64,000 nt of DNA from Clostridia bacterium. GTDB lineage: Bacteria > Bacillota > Clostridia > Lachnospirales > Bianqueaceae. The notes beneath the pieces were generated by a model. That model was not told the origin of the DNA. It was given only the letters and a program-made list of their open reading frames with translations, and did no database searches. The stretch is taken from NCBI GenBank assembly GCA_900764045.1, contig CAAFMN010000024.1:14492-78491 (forward strand). Reading direction: 5' to 3'. Of the stretch, positions 8,192-17,926 are shown piece after piece. How positions within the stretch are numbered: the stretch's first letter is position 1; every line of letters starts with the position of its first letter. Made by a program: the position numbers and the translations under genes.

Positions 8192-11100
8192 TATGCGTGG
8201 AATTTTTCAACCGGCACTTGAGTTTCCGGGATATGGACAGATAAAAGCACGGGCGCTTGCAAAAGAGCCGGTGCTTGTTTCTGGTATCGGAGAGGGAGTA
8301 CAGGACTATCTGGCGGCCGCGCTGGCCGAGGACATGGACAGACCGATTCTGGTTGTTACGGCCAATGAAGTCAGCGCCAGGGCGGTTATGGAAAATATGC
8401 AGTTCTATCACCCTTCCCAGACAGCGTTCTTTCCGGCCAAGGATCCGCTGTTTTACAGTGCGGATGTGCGGGGCGGAGCGATCGAGGAGCAGCGCCTGAA
8501 GGCGATTCACGCGATTCATGAACATAAGGCCAAGGTATTGGTGGTTCCGGTGGAAGCTCTTTTTGACCGTCTGGTTCCCCATGCCGTCTTTCATGATTTT
8601 ACGATCTTCAAGAAGGTCGGGCAGGAGCTGCCGCCGGAGGAGCTTGCGGAGCGTCTGGTCCATATGGGATATAGCCGTAGAGATCAGGTGGAGCATGCGG
8701 GACAGTTTTCGATTCGCGGCGGCGTAATCGATATCTATCCGTTGACGGAAGATACAGCGTATCGTGTGGAGCTCTGGGGAGATGAGATCGATTCGATCCG
8801 GGTACTGGATACGGAGACGCAGCGCTCCGCACACCGCCTGACAGAGATGCGCATTGAACCCGCGCGGGAAATCATTGCCGATTCGGAGACAGAGCGCGCG
8901 GGTCTGGAGAGAATCCAGAAAGAGACCGAGGAAACGGCAGCGCGTTTTCAAAAGCGCGGCAAAGCAGAAGAGGCGCAGAGAATCCGGGAGATGACGGATT
9001 CCTTTTTGTACCGGATGGACGGCGCGCGTTCCAGAACACTGGATGCTCATATCGGCTATTTTTATAAAGAGACCGAATGCATTTTGCAGTATATGCCGGA
9101 GAATACGCTGCTGATCCTGGAAGAGCCCGCGAGAATCCGGGAGAAAGTACGGACATTTCAGGAGGAAATCGCGCAGAGTATACAGGGAAGGCTGGAGAAG
9201 GGCTATCTTTTGCCGGGACAGTGCGAGCTCTTTCCAGACTTTGTTGAAGTGACACGGGTGATGCAGCAGTATGCCGGTGTATACATGTGCGGCCTTCTGG
9301 CAGCGAATCAGCAGATGTTTCCGGTCAAAGAGATCGTGCGGATGCAGAGCCGCTCCGTGAATGTACTCATGAATGAGCAGCAGGAGCTGATCCGGGATCT
9401 GCGGGACTATACGCAAAAAGGATATCGGGTGCTTCTCTTGACAGAATCCAGTTTACGGATCCCGATGGTCATATCATACCTTCAGGAAGAGGAGATTCCC
9501 GTCCGGGGATCGGATAAGGCAGAGGAGGCCCCTCCTCCGGGAATCGTTACCGTGATGAAGGGACAGCTGCGCCATGGCTTTGTATGCCCGGAGGGAAAGT
9601 TCGTTCTGGCAGTGCAGCAGGAGTCCGCGGCAAGGCAGAAGAAGAAAAAACGCCGCCGTAAATTCAAAGAGGGACAGAAGATCGGCACTTTCAGCGAGCT
9701 GACAGTGGGCGATTATGTGGTCCATGAGACGCACGGCGTAGGAATCTATCAGGGAATCGTTCAGCTGGATTCCGACGATGCCTGCAGGGACTATTTTAAG
9801 ATTCTGTATCGGGACGGAGGAGTGCTGTATGTACCGACAACTTCTCTGGATATGCTGCAGCGTTATGTGGGCGGAGAAGATGCCAAACCAAAGGTAAACC
9901 GCCTGGGAGGCCAGGAATGGCAGCGCGCTAAAAATAAAGTAAAAGAGTCGGTTGCCAAGCTTGCAGAGGATCTGATTCAGCTCTATGCGGAACGGGAAGC
10001 CAGGCAGGGATTCGCTTTTTCCAAAGACAGCGTATGGCAGAGGGAGTTTGAAGAGAGCTTTCCTTATGAGGAGACAGAGGATCAGCTGAACGCCATTGAA
10101 GATACCAAGCATGACATGGAGAGCCATAAGATTATGGACCGCCTGATCTGCGGCGATGTCGGCTATGGTAAGACCGAGATTGCCATCCGTGCGGCGTTCA
10201 AGGCAGTGCAGGACGGTAAGCAGGTGGCAATCCTGGCTCCGACAACGATCCTTGCGCAGCAGCATTACAATACATTTACAGCCAGAATGCGGGAGTATCC
10301 GGTGCATATCGATCTGCTCTCCCGTTTCCGCACGAAAAAACAGATTGCAGAGGCGCTGCGGGGCGCGGCGGCCGGAACCGTGGACATTCTGATCGGAACC
10401 CACAGGATTCTGTCGAAGGATGTAAAGTTTAAGGATCTGGGGCTTCTGATCGTGGACGAGGAGCAGCGGTTCGGCGTCAGCCATAAGGAAAAGATCAAAG
10501 CGCTGCAAAAGGACGTGGATGTTCTGACGCTGACGGCGACACCGATTCCGAGAACGCTTCACATGAGCATGTCCGGAATCCGGGACATGAGTGTTCTGGA
10601 GGAACCGCCGCAGGAGCGGCATCCGATTCAGACCTTTGTCATGGAAGAAGATGAGGAGCTGATCCGTGAAGCGATTTATCGGGAGATCGGGCGCGGCGGA
10701 CAGGTCTTTTTCCTGTCCAACCGTGTTCAGAATATTGAGCAGCAGATGCTGCGCGTGCAGAAGCTCGCGCCGGAAGCCAGGGTTTCCTTTGCGCATGGAC
10801 AGATGTCAGAGCGGGAGCTGGAGAACGTGATGATGGAATTTGTTGAAGGGGAGATCGATGTACTGGTCTGCACGACCATCATCGAGACAGGGCTCGATAT
10901 CCCCAATGCCAACACAATCCTGATCGCCGACGCTGATACGATGGGGCTGGCCCAGCTGTATCAGCTGCGGGGCCGTGTCGGACGTTCGGACCGGCTGGCA
11001 TATGCGTATTTTATGTACCCTAAAAACAAAGTTTTGAAAGAGGTCGCGCAGAAACGCCTGGAGGCCATCGGAGAATTTACGGAGTTCGGCTCCGGTTTCC

Positions 11101-11744
11101 GGATTGCCATGCGGGATCTGGAGATTCGCGGCGCAGGCAATATTTTGGGGGCAGAACAGCACGGACATATGGGAGCGGTAGGATATGAGCTATACTGCAA
11201 GCTCCTGAGAGAGGCGATGGAACAGCTGAAGAACACGCCGGTGCGTCCGACCTTCGAGACGACGATGCGGATCGGGGTGGACGCGTATATCCCATCGACT
11301 TATATATCCAACGAGGCACAGAAGCTGGAGGTATATAAGAAGATCGCGGCGATCACCAATGAAGAGGAGTATCTGGAGATGCAGGAGGAACTGTTGGATC
11401 GTTATTCAGATATGCCGGCTCCGGTCGGGAATCTGGTGGATATCAGCTTCCTGAAGGCACTGGCCAACGAGTTGGGAGCCGACAGTCTGGAAGAGGACGG
11501 AAAAGAGCTCCGTCTGCATTTCCGTAAGGATGCTCCGTTGGATCTGGAAAAGCTCCTGAAGCTGGTGCCGCAGATGGGAAAGGGTGCGAGGATCCTTCCG
11601 AAGGAAGACACGCTCCGCATCATCCTGCCGTTTCCGGTAGAGAAAAAGGAAAAGGATTCTATTCGCCTGACCCGGATCCGCAAGGTGTTGGAGCAGCTGG
11701 GAAAAGCCAGACAGGAAGGAGCAGCGGAACATGAAAATCCATAA
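8163..11744 (+). CDS. mfd: transcription-repair coupling factor
   Basis: 1193-aa ORF with a UvrB-homology N-terminus, RNAP-interaction domain, DEAD/DEAH helicase motifs (GDVGYGKTE, DEEQRFG) and a TRCF C-terminal domain. Confidence 0.95.
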   Translation: MSSRSRRRNNMRGIFQPALEFPGYGQIKARALAKEPVLVSGIGEGVQDYLAAALAEDMDRPILVVTANEVSARAVMENMQFYHPSQTAFFPAKDPLFYSADVRGGAIEEQRLKAIHAIHEHKAKVLVVPVEALFDRLVPHAVFHDFTIFKKVGQELPPEELAERLVHMGYSRRDQVEHAGQFSIRGGVIDIYPLTEDTAYRVELWGDEIDSIRVLDTETQRSAHRLTEMRIEPAREIIADSETERAGLERIQKETEETAARFQKRGKAEEAQRIREMTDSFLYRMDGARSRTLDAHIGYFYKETECILQYMPENTLLILEEPARIREKVRTFQEEIAQSIQGRLEKGYLLPGQCELFPDFVEVTRVMQQYAGVYMCGLLAANQQMFPVKEIVRMQSRSVNVLMNEQQELIRDLRDYTQKGYRVLLLTESSLRIPMVISYLQEEEIPVRGSDKAEEAPPPGIVTVMKGQLRHGFVCPEGKFVLAVQQESAARQKKKKRRRKFKEGQKIGTFSELTVGDYVVHETHGVGIYQGIVQLDSDDACRDYFKILYRDGGVLYVPTTSLDMLQRYVGGEDAKPKVNRLGGQEWQRAKNKVKESVAKLAEDLIQLYAEREARQGFAFSKDSVWQREFEESFPYEETEDQLNAIEDTKHDMESHKIMDRLICGDVGYGKTEIAIRAAFKAVQDGKQVAILAPTTILAQQHYNTFTARMREYPVHIDLLSRFRTKKQIAEALRGAAAGTVDILIGTHRILSKDVKFKDLGLLIVDEEQRFGVSHKEKIKALQKDVDVLTLTATPIPRTLHMSMSGIRDMSVLEEPPQERHPIQTFVMEEDEELIREAIYREIGRGGQVFFLSNRVQNIEQQMLRVQKLAPEARVSFAHGQMSERELENVMMEFVEGEIDVLVCTTIIETGLDIPNANTILIADADTMGLAQLYQLRGRVGRSDRLAYAYFMYPKNKVLKEVAQKRLEAIGEFTEFGSGFRIAMRDLEIRGAGNILGAEQHGHMGAVGYELYCKLLREAMEQLKNTPVRPTFETTMRIGVDAYIPSTYISNEAQKLEVYKKIAAITNEEEYLEMQEELLDRYSDMPAPVGNLVDISFLKALANELGADSLEEDGKELRLHFRKDAPLDLEKLLKLVPQMGKGARILPKEDTLRIILPFPVEKKEKDSIRLTRIRKVLEQLGKARQEGAAEHENP

Positions 11745-12825
11745 ATGGAGCATTTACGGATGCGTGTTTCTGATGCTTTTTCTTAGCGGATGTAAGACTT
11801 CTCCCGTTTTGACGGTGGGGAAGGATGAAATCAGCGTAGAACAGGCCCGAATCTATCTGGCGCTTACCTTGCAGGAGTATGAGCAGCGCGGCGGAAATGA
11901 GATCTGGAATATGAAGATCGGCGGAGAGAGCGCCTATGACGCCGCTTGTGAGGCAGCGCTCTCTTCAATGATACGCAATCGTGTCGTATTGGAAAAGAGA
12001 CATACGTCGAAGCGTACGATTACGCAGGAAGAGCAGACGGAGATCGATCAGGCTGTGGACAGGCTGTATCAGCGCCTTGGCGCGGAGACACTGGAATCTT
12101 GGAGGCTGACAAGAGAACAGGTTGAAAAGCTGGTTCAAGAAGAATACACGGTGTGGAGTTTTCTGAATCAGATGGATTACGAGGCGGATCAAACCGAAGT
12201 GGAGCGTCAGGTCGAAGAGTACTTTGTCTGGTATGATCACCTGAACGTCGAAGAGTACATGCAGAAGATCTGGCTGGACGCGGTGGTGATCTATACAGGA
12301 CAGTGGATTGGCGACGAATGGGTGGAATACTCCGCGGAGGGAAAGGAAAGGCAGAGACAGCAGGCGGAACAGGTCGCGGAAGCACTTGCTTCCGGCACGG
12401 AGTTCGAGGAAGTACGAAAGCGCTACAGTGAGGAAGAGACGATCCGTTTCGCAGCTCCGTTCAGAGAAGGTCTGATTCAGAATGATGTCGGCAGTGTCTT
12501 TTATAAAGGACAGCTGGAGAGAAATCTCTGGGAGCCATTATTTCGGATACCGAGCGGAGAGTATTCACAGATTCTGGAGAGCCGGTACGGGTATCTGATT
12601 GTCAAAGTGCTGGGATTTCCGGATACGGAAGACGATGCGCAGAGAATCTATCAGCAGAAGCTGGAAACAGAACGGGAACAATATCGTCAGACTGTTTTGA
12701 AAGCAGAGACTTACAAGGGAATTCTGGCAATCGTCGAACAGTGGCAGGAAGAGACAGAGGTCCATATAGACACCGCTCAGTGGCAGAGAGTCACAGAAAG
12801 TTTGAGGCAGTGGACAGAATCATAA
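11731..12825 (+). CDS. lipoprotein with SurA/PrsA-like N-domain and degenerate parvulin-like PPIase domain
   Basis: Lipobox (LFLSGC), a parvulin-like segment (AEQVAEALASGTEFEEVRKRYSEE...YGYLIVKVLG), and no GGDLG motif. Confidence 0.5.
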   Translation: MKIHKWSIYGCVFLMLFLSGCKTSPVLTVGKDEISVEQARIYLALTLQEYEQRGGNEIWNMKIGGESAYDAACEAALSSMIRNRVVLEKRHTSKRTITQEEQTEIDQAVDRLYQRLGAETLESWRLTREQVEKLVQEEYTVWSFLNQMDYEADQTEVERQVEEYFVWYDHLNVEEYMQKIWLDAVVIYTGQWIGDEWVEYSAEGKERQRQQAEQVAEALASGTEFEEVRKRYSEEETIRFAAPFREGLIQNDVGSVFYKGQLERNLWEPLFRIPSGEYSQILESRYGYLIVKVLGFPDTEDDAQRIYQQKLETEREQYRQTVLKAETYKGILAIVEQWQEETEVHIDTAQWQRVTESLRQWTES

Positions 12826-12832
12826 AAAATGA

Positions 12833-12861
12833 TTGCAAAATATTCAGAAAAGTGATACAAT
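12833..12861 (+). promoter_or_regulatory. sigma-A-type promoter for the orphan gene at 12886
   Basis: TTGCAA, a 17-nt spacer, TACAAT, and then RBS aggaaggaggg before a TTG start. Confidence 0.4.
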
Positions 12862-12885
12862 ATCTCTCCTTAGGAAGGAGGGATA

Positions 12886-13587
12886 TTGTTGTTTCCAGTG
12901 ATTTATTTTCTTTTCGTTACTGCCAAATGCTTCGCGTACCGCGGCACCTGGAGCTTGTCTCATAAGCGCCACACCAACGGGCACATGTATTATTACAAGC
13001 AAATTGGTAATAAGACCTCTTATGTGAGGCGTGGGGAGGAAGCTCAGGTTCTGGCCGAATACGACGAGCGGCAGAAGTGGCGCCAGGAGCGCAAGAATCT
13101 CAACCAGCAGTTGATGAATTTATCGCCTGCCGAGCGCCGTGAAGTCCGCCAGCAAATGAAATTATACCAGGAACTAGGACTTGAGAAATTCCCCTTAGAC
13201 AAGGATGTGTCCTTCGACGGGACGGTTCTCGATTCCAGAGCCGAGATTATCCTCTATGAATTCTTGAGAAATCTGGGCCTTAAGGCTGAACACAACCGCC
13301 CGGTTGATCCTCATCCCTATAGTTATTTGCCTGATTTCACGTTTACCCTTAATGGCAAAAGAATGTATTTGGAACATATGGGCAAACTAGAAGATCCCCA
13401 ATATCGCCGCAAGCAGATCGAAAAGATCAAAAACTACAAAACCTATGACATCCGGCTCGGCGAGAATCTGATTATCACAAGCTCCAATAGACATTTCCAA
13501 GCACCCAGAATCCTCTGGCAACTCGTCATCCGCGGAGTTTTGTCAGCGTCAAAAGCAAGAAAGCTGATCAGAAAGAACAAAAAGTGA
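12886..13587 (+). CDS. hypothetical protein with hydrophobic N-terminus, coiled-coil segment and possible nuclease-like C-terminal region
   Basis: 233-aa ORF with a TTG start, a strong RBS and its own promoter. The C-terminus carries YLPDF...NGKRMYLEHMGK, loosely reminiscent of endonuclease-fold motifs. I recognise no family. Confidence 0.4.
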   Translation: MLFPVIYFLFVTAKCFAYRGTWSLSHKRHTNGHMYYYKQIGNKTSYVRRGEEAQVLAEYDERQKWRQERKNLNQQLMNLSPAERREVRQQMKLYQELGLEKFPLDKDVSFDGTVLDSRAEIILYEFLRNLGLKAEHNRPVDPHPYSYLPDFTFTLNGKRMYLEHMGKLEDPQYRRKQIEKIKNYKTYDIRLGENLIITSSNRHFQAPRILWQLVIRGVLSASKARKLIRKNKK

Positions 13588-13640
13588 CATTTTTCATAGA
13601 TTGGTCTATTTTTCCATAGAAGTCCGTCCCTCCACGAAAA

Positions 13641-13940
13641 ATCTACCAGATTTTCTTGAAAATCCGGAGAAAGCCTATAAAATATCTAGTACACCCAAAC
13701 TTAAACAGCTCCCTGTCAAGTTGACATGGAGCTGTTCACTCTCAAAGTGTACTAGCTATTTTCCCAAAATCAGAGGCAACCTATAAAACCCTGGCACACC
13801 CAAGAGCATCAAGCTTCCAAGTGTACCAGGGTTTTTCAAGAATCCAGAGACAACCTATGGAACCATGGTATACGTAAGAGGCTTGCTCTCCTAAGTGTAC
13901 CAGATTATTTCAAATACAGAGCAGGAAGGAATATTCAAAT
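13641..13940. repeat. degenerate tandem repeat with about 3.5 units of roughly 74 bp, plus an embedded 31-bp near-palindrome
   Basis: Units start at 13641, 13745, 13819 and 13893, with consensus AAGTGTACCAGnnTTTTTCaAgAATCCaGAGaCAACCTATrrAACC. The near-palindrome ACAGCTCCcTGTCAAgTTGACAtGGAGCTGT lies at 13705-13735 between units 1 and 2. Confidence 0.6.
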
Positions 13941-13942
13941 AA

Positions 13943-13980
13943 AAACGAGGGTATCCCTAAGACACCCTCTCGTTTGAATT
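13943..13980 (-). terminator. rho-independent terminator, possibly bidirectional, downstream of the ugtP-like gene
   Basis: GC-rich hairpin aaacgagggt...accctctcgttt, followed on the minus strand by a T-rich tract. Confidence 0.55.
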
Positions 13981-15114
13981 TTATTCTTCAGTGGAAAAGT
14001 TCTTGTTATAGTCTTCCAGGATGAACTCGCAGATCATGGAAGCGGAAAAAGGATTGACATAAAGCGCCTGGGCCTCGCGCATCTGTTCCCGGATGGATTC
14101 GTCATCCAGAAGCGTGCGGACGGCTTGCAGATAATCTCCCGTATTGTTCGGCGCAAGAGCCATGTTATGTCTTGCGTAAAAAGCGGAATTCCTGGTTTCA
14201 CAGCCGGGGATCGGGGCTGTCAAAATGAGGGGAAGACGTTTGGCTGCCGCCTCGGTGGAGGTCAGTCCGCCGGGTTTGGTCAGAAGAACATCGGCGGCGT
14301 CCATATACAGGCTGACCTGATCGGTATAGTCCACGATAAAGATATTTGGGGACTGAGCGTATTTTTGCTGCAGCTGCTCCCGAACCTTCTGATTGCTGCC
14401 ACACAGGATAACCAGCGTGAGTCTCGTTCCGTATTCTTTTTTTAGGGCGGACGTAATCTTACCGATATGCCCGAAGCCCATGCTGCCGGACATAATCAGA
14501 ATCATCTTCCCGTCTTCCGGAAGTCCAAGAGTCTGTCTGGCCTCCGCTTGATTGCGATGAACACCGAAGGTACGCTGTACCGGAATACCCAGAGGAATCA
14601 GCTTCTCGTGCGGAATCCCAGCGCGATAGAACTCCCGCATCAGTTCACGGTGCGGAATGATGAAATAATCCGGATTGGTTTCCTCCCAGAAAGGAATGCA
14701 GGTATAATCGGTCGCGACCGCGTAGGTACGGATATGAAGCGAGCGGTTCTTTTTCAAATACGTCAGCGCCTCGGCAGGAAACAGGTGGGGCATCACAATG
14801 GTGTCAAACTGATGCTCTTCAATGTAATCGCCCAGCTTGGCGGCGTATTTGCAATTGAAAGCATAGACGACGGACTTGCGGTGCGGTGAACTGATCCACT
14901 GCCCGGCATTGTAAAAGAATTGAAACAATTTAGGGATCTTGGTTGTAATATTTACATAGATGGAAGAAGCCTTCTTGGAGGCCTTGGGCCGCGCGAAGGA
15001 AAGCGTATCCAAAAATTCGCATTCGATTCCGCGGCGGTGAAACTCCTCATACAGCGCGCGTCCGGCCGCATTATGGCCGCCGCCGGTATTGCAGGAAAGA
15101 ATCAGCACCTTCAT
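13981..15114 (-). CDS. ugtP: GT28-family diacylglycerol glycosyltransferase (UgtP / MGDG-synthase-like)
   Basis: MKVLILSCNTGGGHNAAGRAL N-terminus and a C-terminal GT-B fold, 377 aa. Confidence 0.8.
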   Translation of the reverse strand: MKVLILSCNTGGGHNAAGRALYEEFHRRGIECEFLDTLSFARPKASKKASSIYVNITTKIPKLFQFFYNAGQWISSPHRKSVVYAFNCKYAAKLGDYIEEHQFDTIVMPHLFPAEALTYLKKNRSLHIRTYAVATDYTCIPFWEETNPDYFIIPHRELMREFYRAGIPHEKLIPLGIPVQRTFGVHRNQAEARQTLGLPEDGKMILIMSGSMGFGHIGKITSALKKEYGTRLTLVILCGSNQKVREQLQQKYAQSPNIFIVDYTDQVSLYMDAADVLLTKPGGLTSTEAAAKRLPLILTAPIPGCETRNSAFYARHNMALAPNNTGDYLQAVRTLLDDESIREQMREAQALYVNPFSASMICEFILEDYNKNFSTEE

Positions 15115-15251
15115 AAGCAGTGAGTCCTTCTTTCTCGTATTGTTAATTTGGTTCTTGCGAATTTAAGGATAACACAGATTCCGAAAGAATGCAAGAAGTA
15201 TTCATACAATTGTAACAATATTAAGGAGAATTAAGAATACCGCGATTCGAT

Positions 15252-15797
15252 TTAGGAAAGTTGACGGCTCAGCAGTAAAGCGGCGGCACTGGCAAGTTTG
15301 ATATCGCTGGCTTCCAGACGCGCGCTGTCCGGAGCGAGGAGTAGGACGGCGCCGGTGGGATCGCCGCCGGAGAGGACGGGACAGAGAAGCTCTTCAGAAA
15401 AATGCTTTTCAGAAACGGATGCGGCAGGGCAGATGTATTCGCGGTCGGTATTGGAAGCGCGAAAGGTTTTACGCAGCAGCAGAAGGCGGTGCAGTTCAGG
15501 CGTGATCTCTTGATCCTGTAATTCTTTGGCGTATTTACCGGCAGCGCAGAGAATATGATCCTGATCGCAGATACAGGCGGTTAGGCCGCTTGTTTGTGAG
15601 AGTACCTCCGAGAGCTGCCGGGCAGTGTCACTCATTTCACCGACAGGGGAATACTTTTTCAGAATGATCTCCTGATCCGGACCGGTAAAGATTTCGATGG
15701 GATCGGCCTCACGGATATGCAGGGTGCGGCGGATCTCCCGTGGGATGACAAGACGTCCCAAGTCGTCCACCCTTCTTACAACACCGGTTGCTTTCAT
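15252..15797 (-). CDS. spoVT: stage V sporulation protein T (AbrB-type N-domain plus GAF domain)
   Basis: MKATGVVRRVDDLGRLVIPREIRRTL matches the SpoVT/AbrB swapped-hairpin domain. Start is placed at the internal ATG preceded by RBS aaggaga. Confidence 0.85.
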   Translation of the reverse strand: MKATGVVRRVDDLGRLVIPREIRRTLHIREADPIEIFTGPDQEIILKKYSPVGEMSDTARQLSEVLSQTSGLTACICDQDHILCAAGKYAKELQDQEITPELHRLLLLRKTFRASNTDREYICPAASVSEKHFSEELLCPVLSGGDPTGAVLLLAPDSARLEASDIKLASAAALLLSRQLS

Positions 15798-15834
15798 GTC
15801 TATCAATCTCCTTATCAAAAAATGGATATAGCTC

Positions 15835-15863
15835 TAGTATCCGGGAAAAGAGCCAAATTATGC
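15835..15863 (-). promoter_or_regulatory. possible forespore sigma (sigF/sigG-type) promoter for spoVT
   Basis: GCATA on the coding strand, about 18 nt, then GGATACTA, roughly 45 nt upstream of the start. The match to the consensus is weak. Confidence 0.25.
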
Positions 15864-15909
15864 AAGACCATAAAAAATAATGAAAATCTCCCTTTTTTGT
15901 ATTTGGGAC

Positions 15910-15938
15910 TTGACAAACCAGAGAAAAATGAGTATAAA
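15910..15938 (+). promoter_or_regulatory. sigma-A-type promoter for hup
   Basis: TTGACA, a 17-nt spacer, then TATAAA. Confidence 0.4.
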
Positions 15939-16057
15939 TAGGTATAGGACAGACAAAGGGACTGGGATACACCCACAGGGATGTAGGAAGAGGCATCTTT
16001 CAGGTTCGTATGCGTCCCTGTGATTTGATCCGAATATATTTCTAGGAGGAATTTAAG

Positions 16058-16336
16058 ATGAACAAGGCAGAACTGGTAGCAGCGCTTGCTGAGTCTATGG
16101 AAGTGACTAAGAAGGAAGCTGAGAAGTTTCTGAAGACTTTTGAGGATGTAGTAACTGAAGAATTGAAGAAGGGCGGAAAGGTTCAGCTGGTTGGCTTTGG
16201 TACCTTTGAAGTAGGTCAGAGACCTTCTCGTACCGGTATCAATCCCCGTACCAAGGAATCCATCCAGATCCCGGCTGCTAAGACCCCGAAGTTCAAGGCT
16301 GGCAAGGCTCTGAAGGACGCTGTCAACGATAAGTAA
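16058..16336 (+). CDS. hup: DNA-binding protein HU
   Basis: 92-aa ORF with MNKAELV...GFGTFEV...RNPRT motifs. Confidence 0.95.
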   Translation: MNKAELVAALAESMEVTKKEAEKFLKTFEDVVTEELKKGGKVQLVGFGTFEVGQRPSRTGINPRTKESIQIPAAKTPKFKAGKALKDAVNDK

Positions 16337-16350
16337 TCAGTAAAGATGCG

Positions 16351-16390
16351 AACGCCTGCGGAGAAGATTCCACAGGCGTTTATTTATTTT
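16351..16390 (+). terminator. rho-independent terminator after hup
   Basis: Stem aacgcctgcgg/ccacaggcgtt with one mismatch, then a tatttatttt tract. Confidence 0.6.
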
Positions 16391-16404
16391 CAGGAGGTGT
16401 TAGG

Positions 16405-16647
16405 ATGCGTTTGGATAAGTACCTTAAGGTGTCCCGGCTGATCAAGCGCAGGACGGTGGCCAATGAGGCCTGCGATGCAGGACGGGTGACGGTCAATGGT
16501 AAGGCGGCAAAAGCGGGAACGGTCGTGAAGGTCGGGGACGTGATCGAAGTACAGTTTGGAAACGGCGCCGTGCGCGCGGAGATTACGCAGATCACGGAGA
16601 CCACGCGGAAAGAAGAAGCTAAGGAAATGTACAAGATCCTTCCCTAA
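16405..16647 (+). CDS. yabO: S4-domain RNA-binding protein (YabO-like)
   Basis: MRLDKYLKVSRLIKRRT S4 motif, 80 aa, and conserved position upstream of yabP. Confidence 0.85.
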   Translation: MRLDKYLKVSRLIKRRTVANEACDAGRVTVNGKAAKAGTVVKVGDVIEVQFGNGAVRAEITQITETTRKEEAKEMYKILP

Positions 16648-16720
16648 GGAAGGAATATTTGCCAGGGCTCCCTCATATATTGAATTAAAGCAGGAACAAT
16701 CCGAAAAAAGGGGGGAGCAG

Positions 16721-17002
16721 ATGGTGGAGACGGCGACGCCGCACCGGCTTGTATTGGAGAACCGCAGTCATATGGAGATAACAGGGGTTCTGGATTTGCT
16801 TGTATTTGATGAGTCGGAGATCGTGCTGGAGACCTCCGGAGGTGTGCTGAATATTCGAGGGGCTGAGCTTCATATGAATACTATGACGCTGGAGAAGGGG
16901 CTGTTGATACTGGACGGAGATGTAGCGGAGATTTTTTATGAAGAGCCGGGAATGCTGAAAAAGCAAAAGACCGGGTTTATGAGCAAGTGGATAAAGGGAT
17001 GA
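16721..17002 (+). CDS. yabP: sporulation protein YabP
   Basis: YabP-like sequence (HRLVLENRSHMEITGVLDL...). Start is placed at the internal ATG preceded by RBS aaaagggggg; the longer ORF from 16556 overlaps yabO. Confidence 0.75.
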   Translation: MVETATPHRLVLENRSHMEITGVLDLLVFDESEIVLETSGGVLNIRGAELHMNTMTLEKGLLILDGDVAEIFYEEPGMLKKQKTGFMSKWIKG

Positions 17003-17006
17003 AGAG

Positions 17007-17387
17007 ATGATAAGCGAGCAGTGCCGGTTATTTCTTCTGTCAATATTGTACGGATTCGGAGCGTGGTCAGGCTACGATCTTCTGCGTCTATGGCGCAGAA
17101 TGGTGCCTCACTCGCTCTTTTTCATTCATATGGAAGATCTGCTGTTCTGGGCAGGGACGGCCCTGCTATTCTACTATGAGGCACTGTATCAGGCGGCGGG
17201 AGTGCTCCGGGCGTATTATTTTCTGGGCGGTTTGCTCGGAGTGATTGTCTGCGAAGGAACCGTAAGTCCGATTTTGCTGAAATATGCGGTGCTGGCAGCG
17301 AAAAAAGCGGGGGAACGATGGGGGAAAGTGTGGAAAAAATGTAAATCCACGGAGAAAAAATTTGAAAAAAGCTCCAAACCCCATTGA
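17007..17387 (+). CDS. yabQ: spore cortex biosynthesis membrane protein YabQ-like
   Basis: Small multi-TM protein immediately after yabP, in the conserved gene order. Confidence 0.6.
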   Translation: MISEQCRLFLLSILYGFGAWSGYDLLRLWRRMVPHSLFFIHMEDLLFWAGTALLFYYEALYQAAGVLRAYYFLGGLLGVIVCEGTVSPILLKYAVLAAKKAGERWGKVWKKCKSTEKKFEKSSKPH

Positions 17388-17444
17388 CGAATGGTGTAAA
17401 ATATTATATCATGATAAACATGAAAGCAAAAAGGCGGTAATAGC

Positions 17445-17777
17445 ATGTCGTATAGAAATAAAAGACACGACATGGCGGCGAGGGAGCAGACATCGGGCAA
17501 AAAGCCTAAGCGTTCATTGAGGAATTTTTGTATCATTGGTTGTTTTCTTGCTTTCATGTTTGGTTGTTATTGGAATTATCAGAAGCTGCAGGATGATATT
17601 GCAGCGGTTTATCAGGAAGCGCAGCTTGTTGAGAATCAGATCAGCGGGGAACTGGAGAAGCAGATCGACATCAAAGCCAAGCAGAGCTATTACAGTACGG
17701 ACGAGTATTATATGAGACTTGCCAGAATGCGGTTTAATCTGCTTCTTCCGGGCGAGCATCTATATGTGTTTGAGTAA
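17445..17777 (+). CDS. divIC: septum formation initiator (DivIC/FtsB-like)
   Basis: Single TM segment plus a coiled-coil, in the conserved position after yabQ. Confidence 0.65.
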   Translation: MSYRNKRHDMAAREQTSGKKPKRSLRNFCIIGCFLAFMFGCYWNYQKLQDDIAAVYQEAQLVENQISGELEKQIDIKAKQSYYSTDEYYMRLARMRFNLLLPGEHLYVFE

Positions 17778-17864
17778 CAGCGTACCGATCGGCAGATACG
17801 GGCGCTGTTTTTGTATGCTTTTAAAAGGTTTTGTCAGAAAATTTTTCGGGACGAACTCCACGCT

Positions 17865-17897
17865 TTGACATTTTTTGTAAATGGAATCTTATATAAT
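17865..17897 (+). promoter_or_regulatory. sigma-A-type promoter upstream of spoIIE with a possible Spo0A-box-like motif
   Basis: TTGACA, an 18-19-nt spacer, then TTATAT/TATATA. tttgtcagaaa at 17829-17841 resembles a 0A box (TGTCGAA). Confidence 0.3.
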
Positions 17898-17926
17898 CAT
17901 GGAAAGCATGATTAGGGGGGAATCCA

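Noticed and set aside
8166-10796. Long minus-strand ORFs of 416 and 440 aa inside mfd
   Set aside because: Antisense shadow ORFs of the clearly real mfd gene.
16556-16720. Longer yabP ORF starting at 16556
   Set aside because: It overlaps yabO in another frame with an Arg/Lys-rich translation. An internal ATG with a strong RBS yields a YabP of the canonical ~93 aa.
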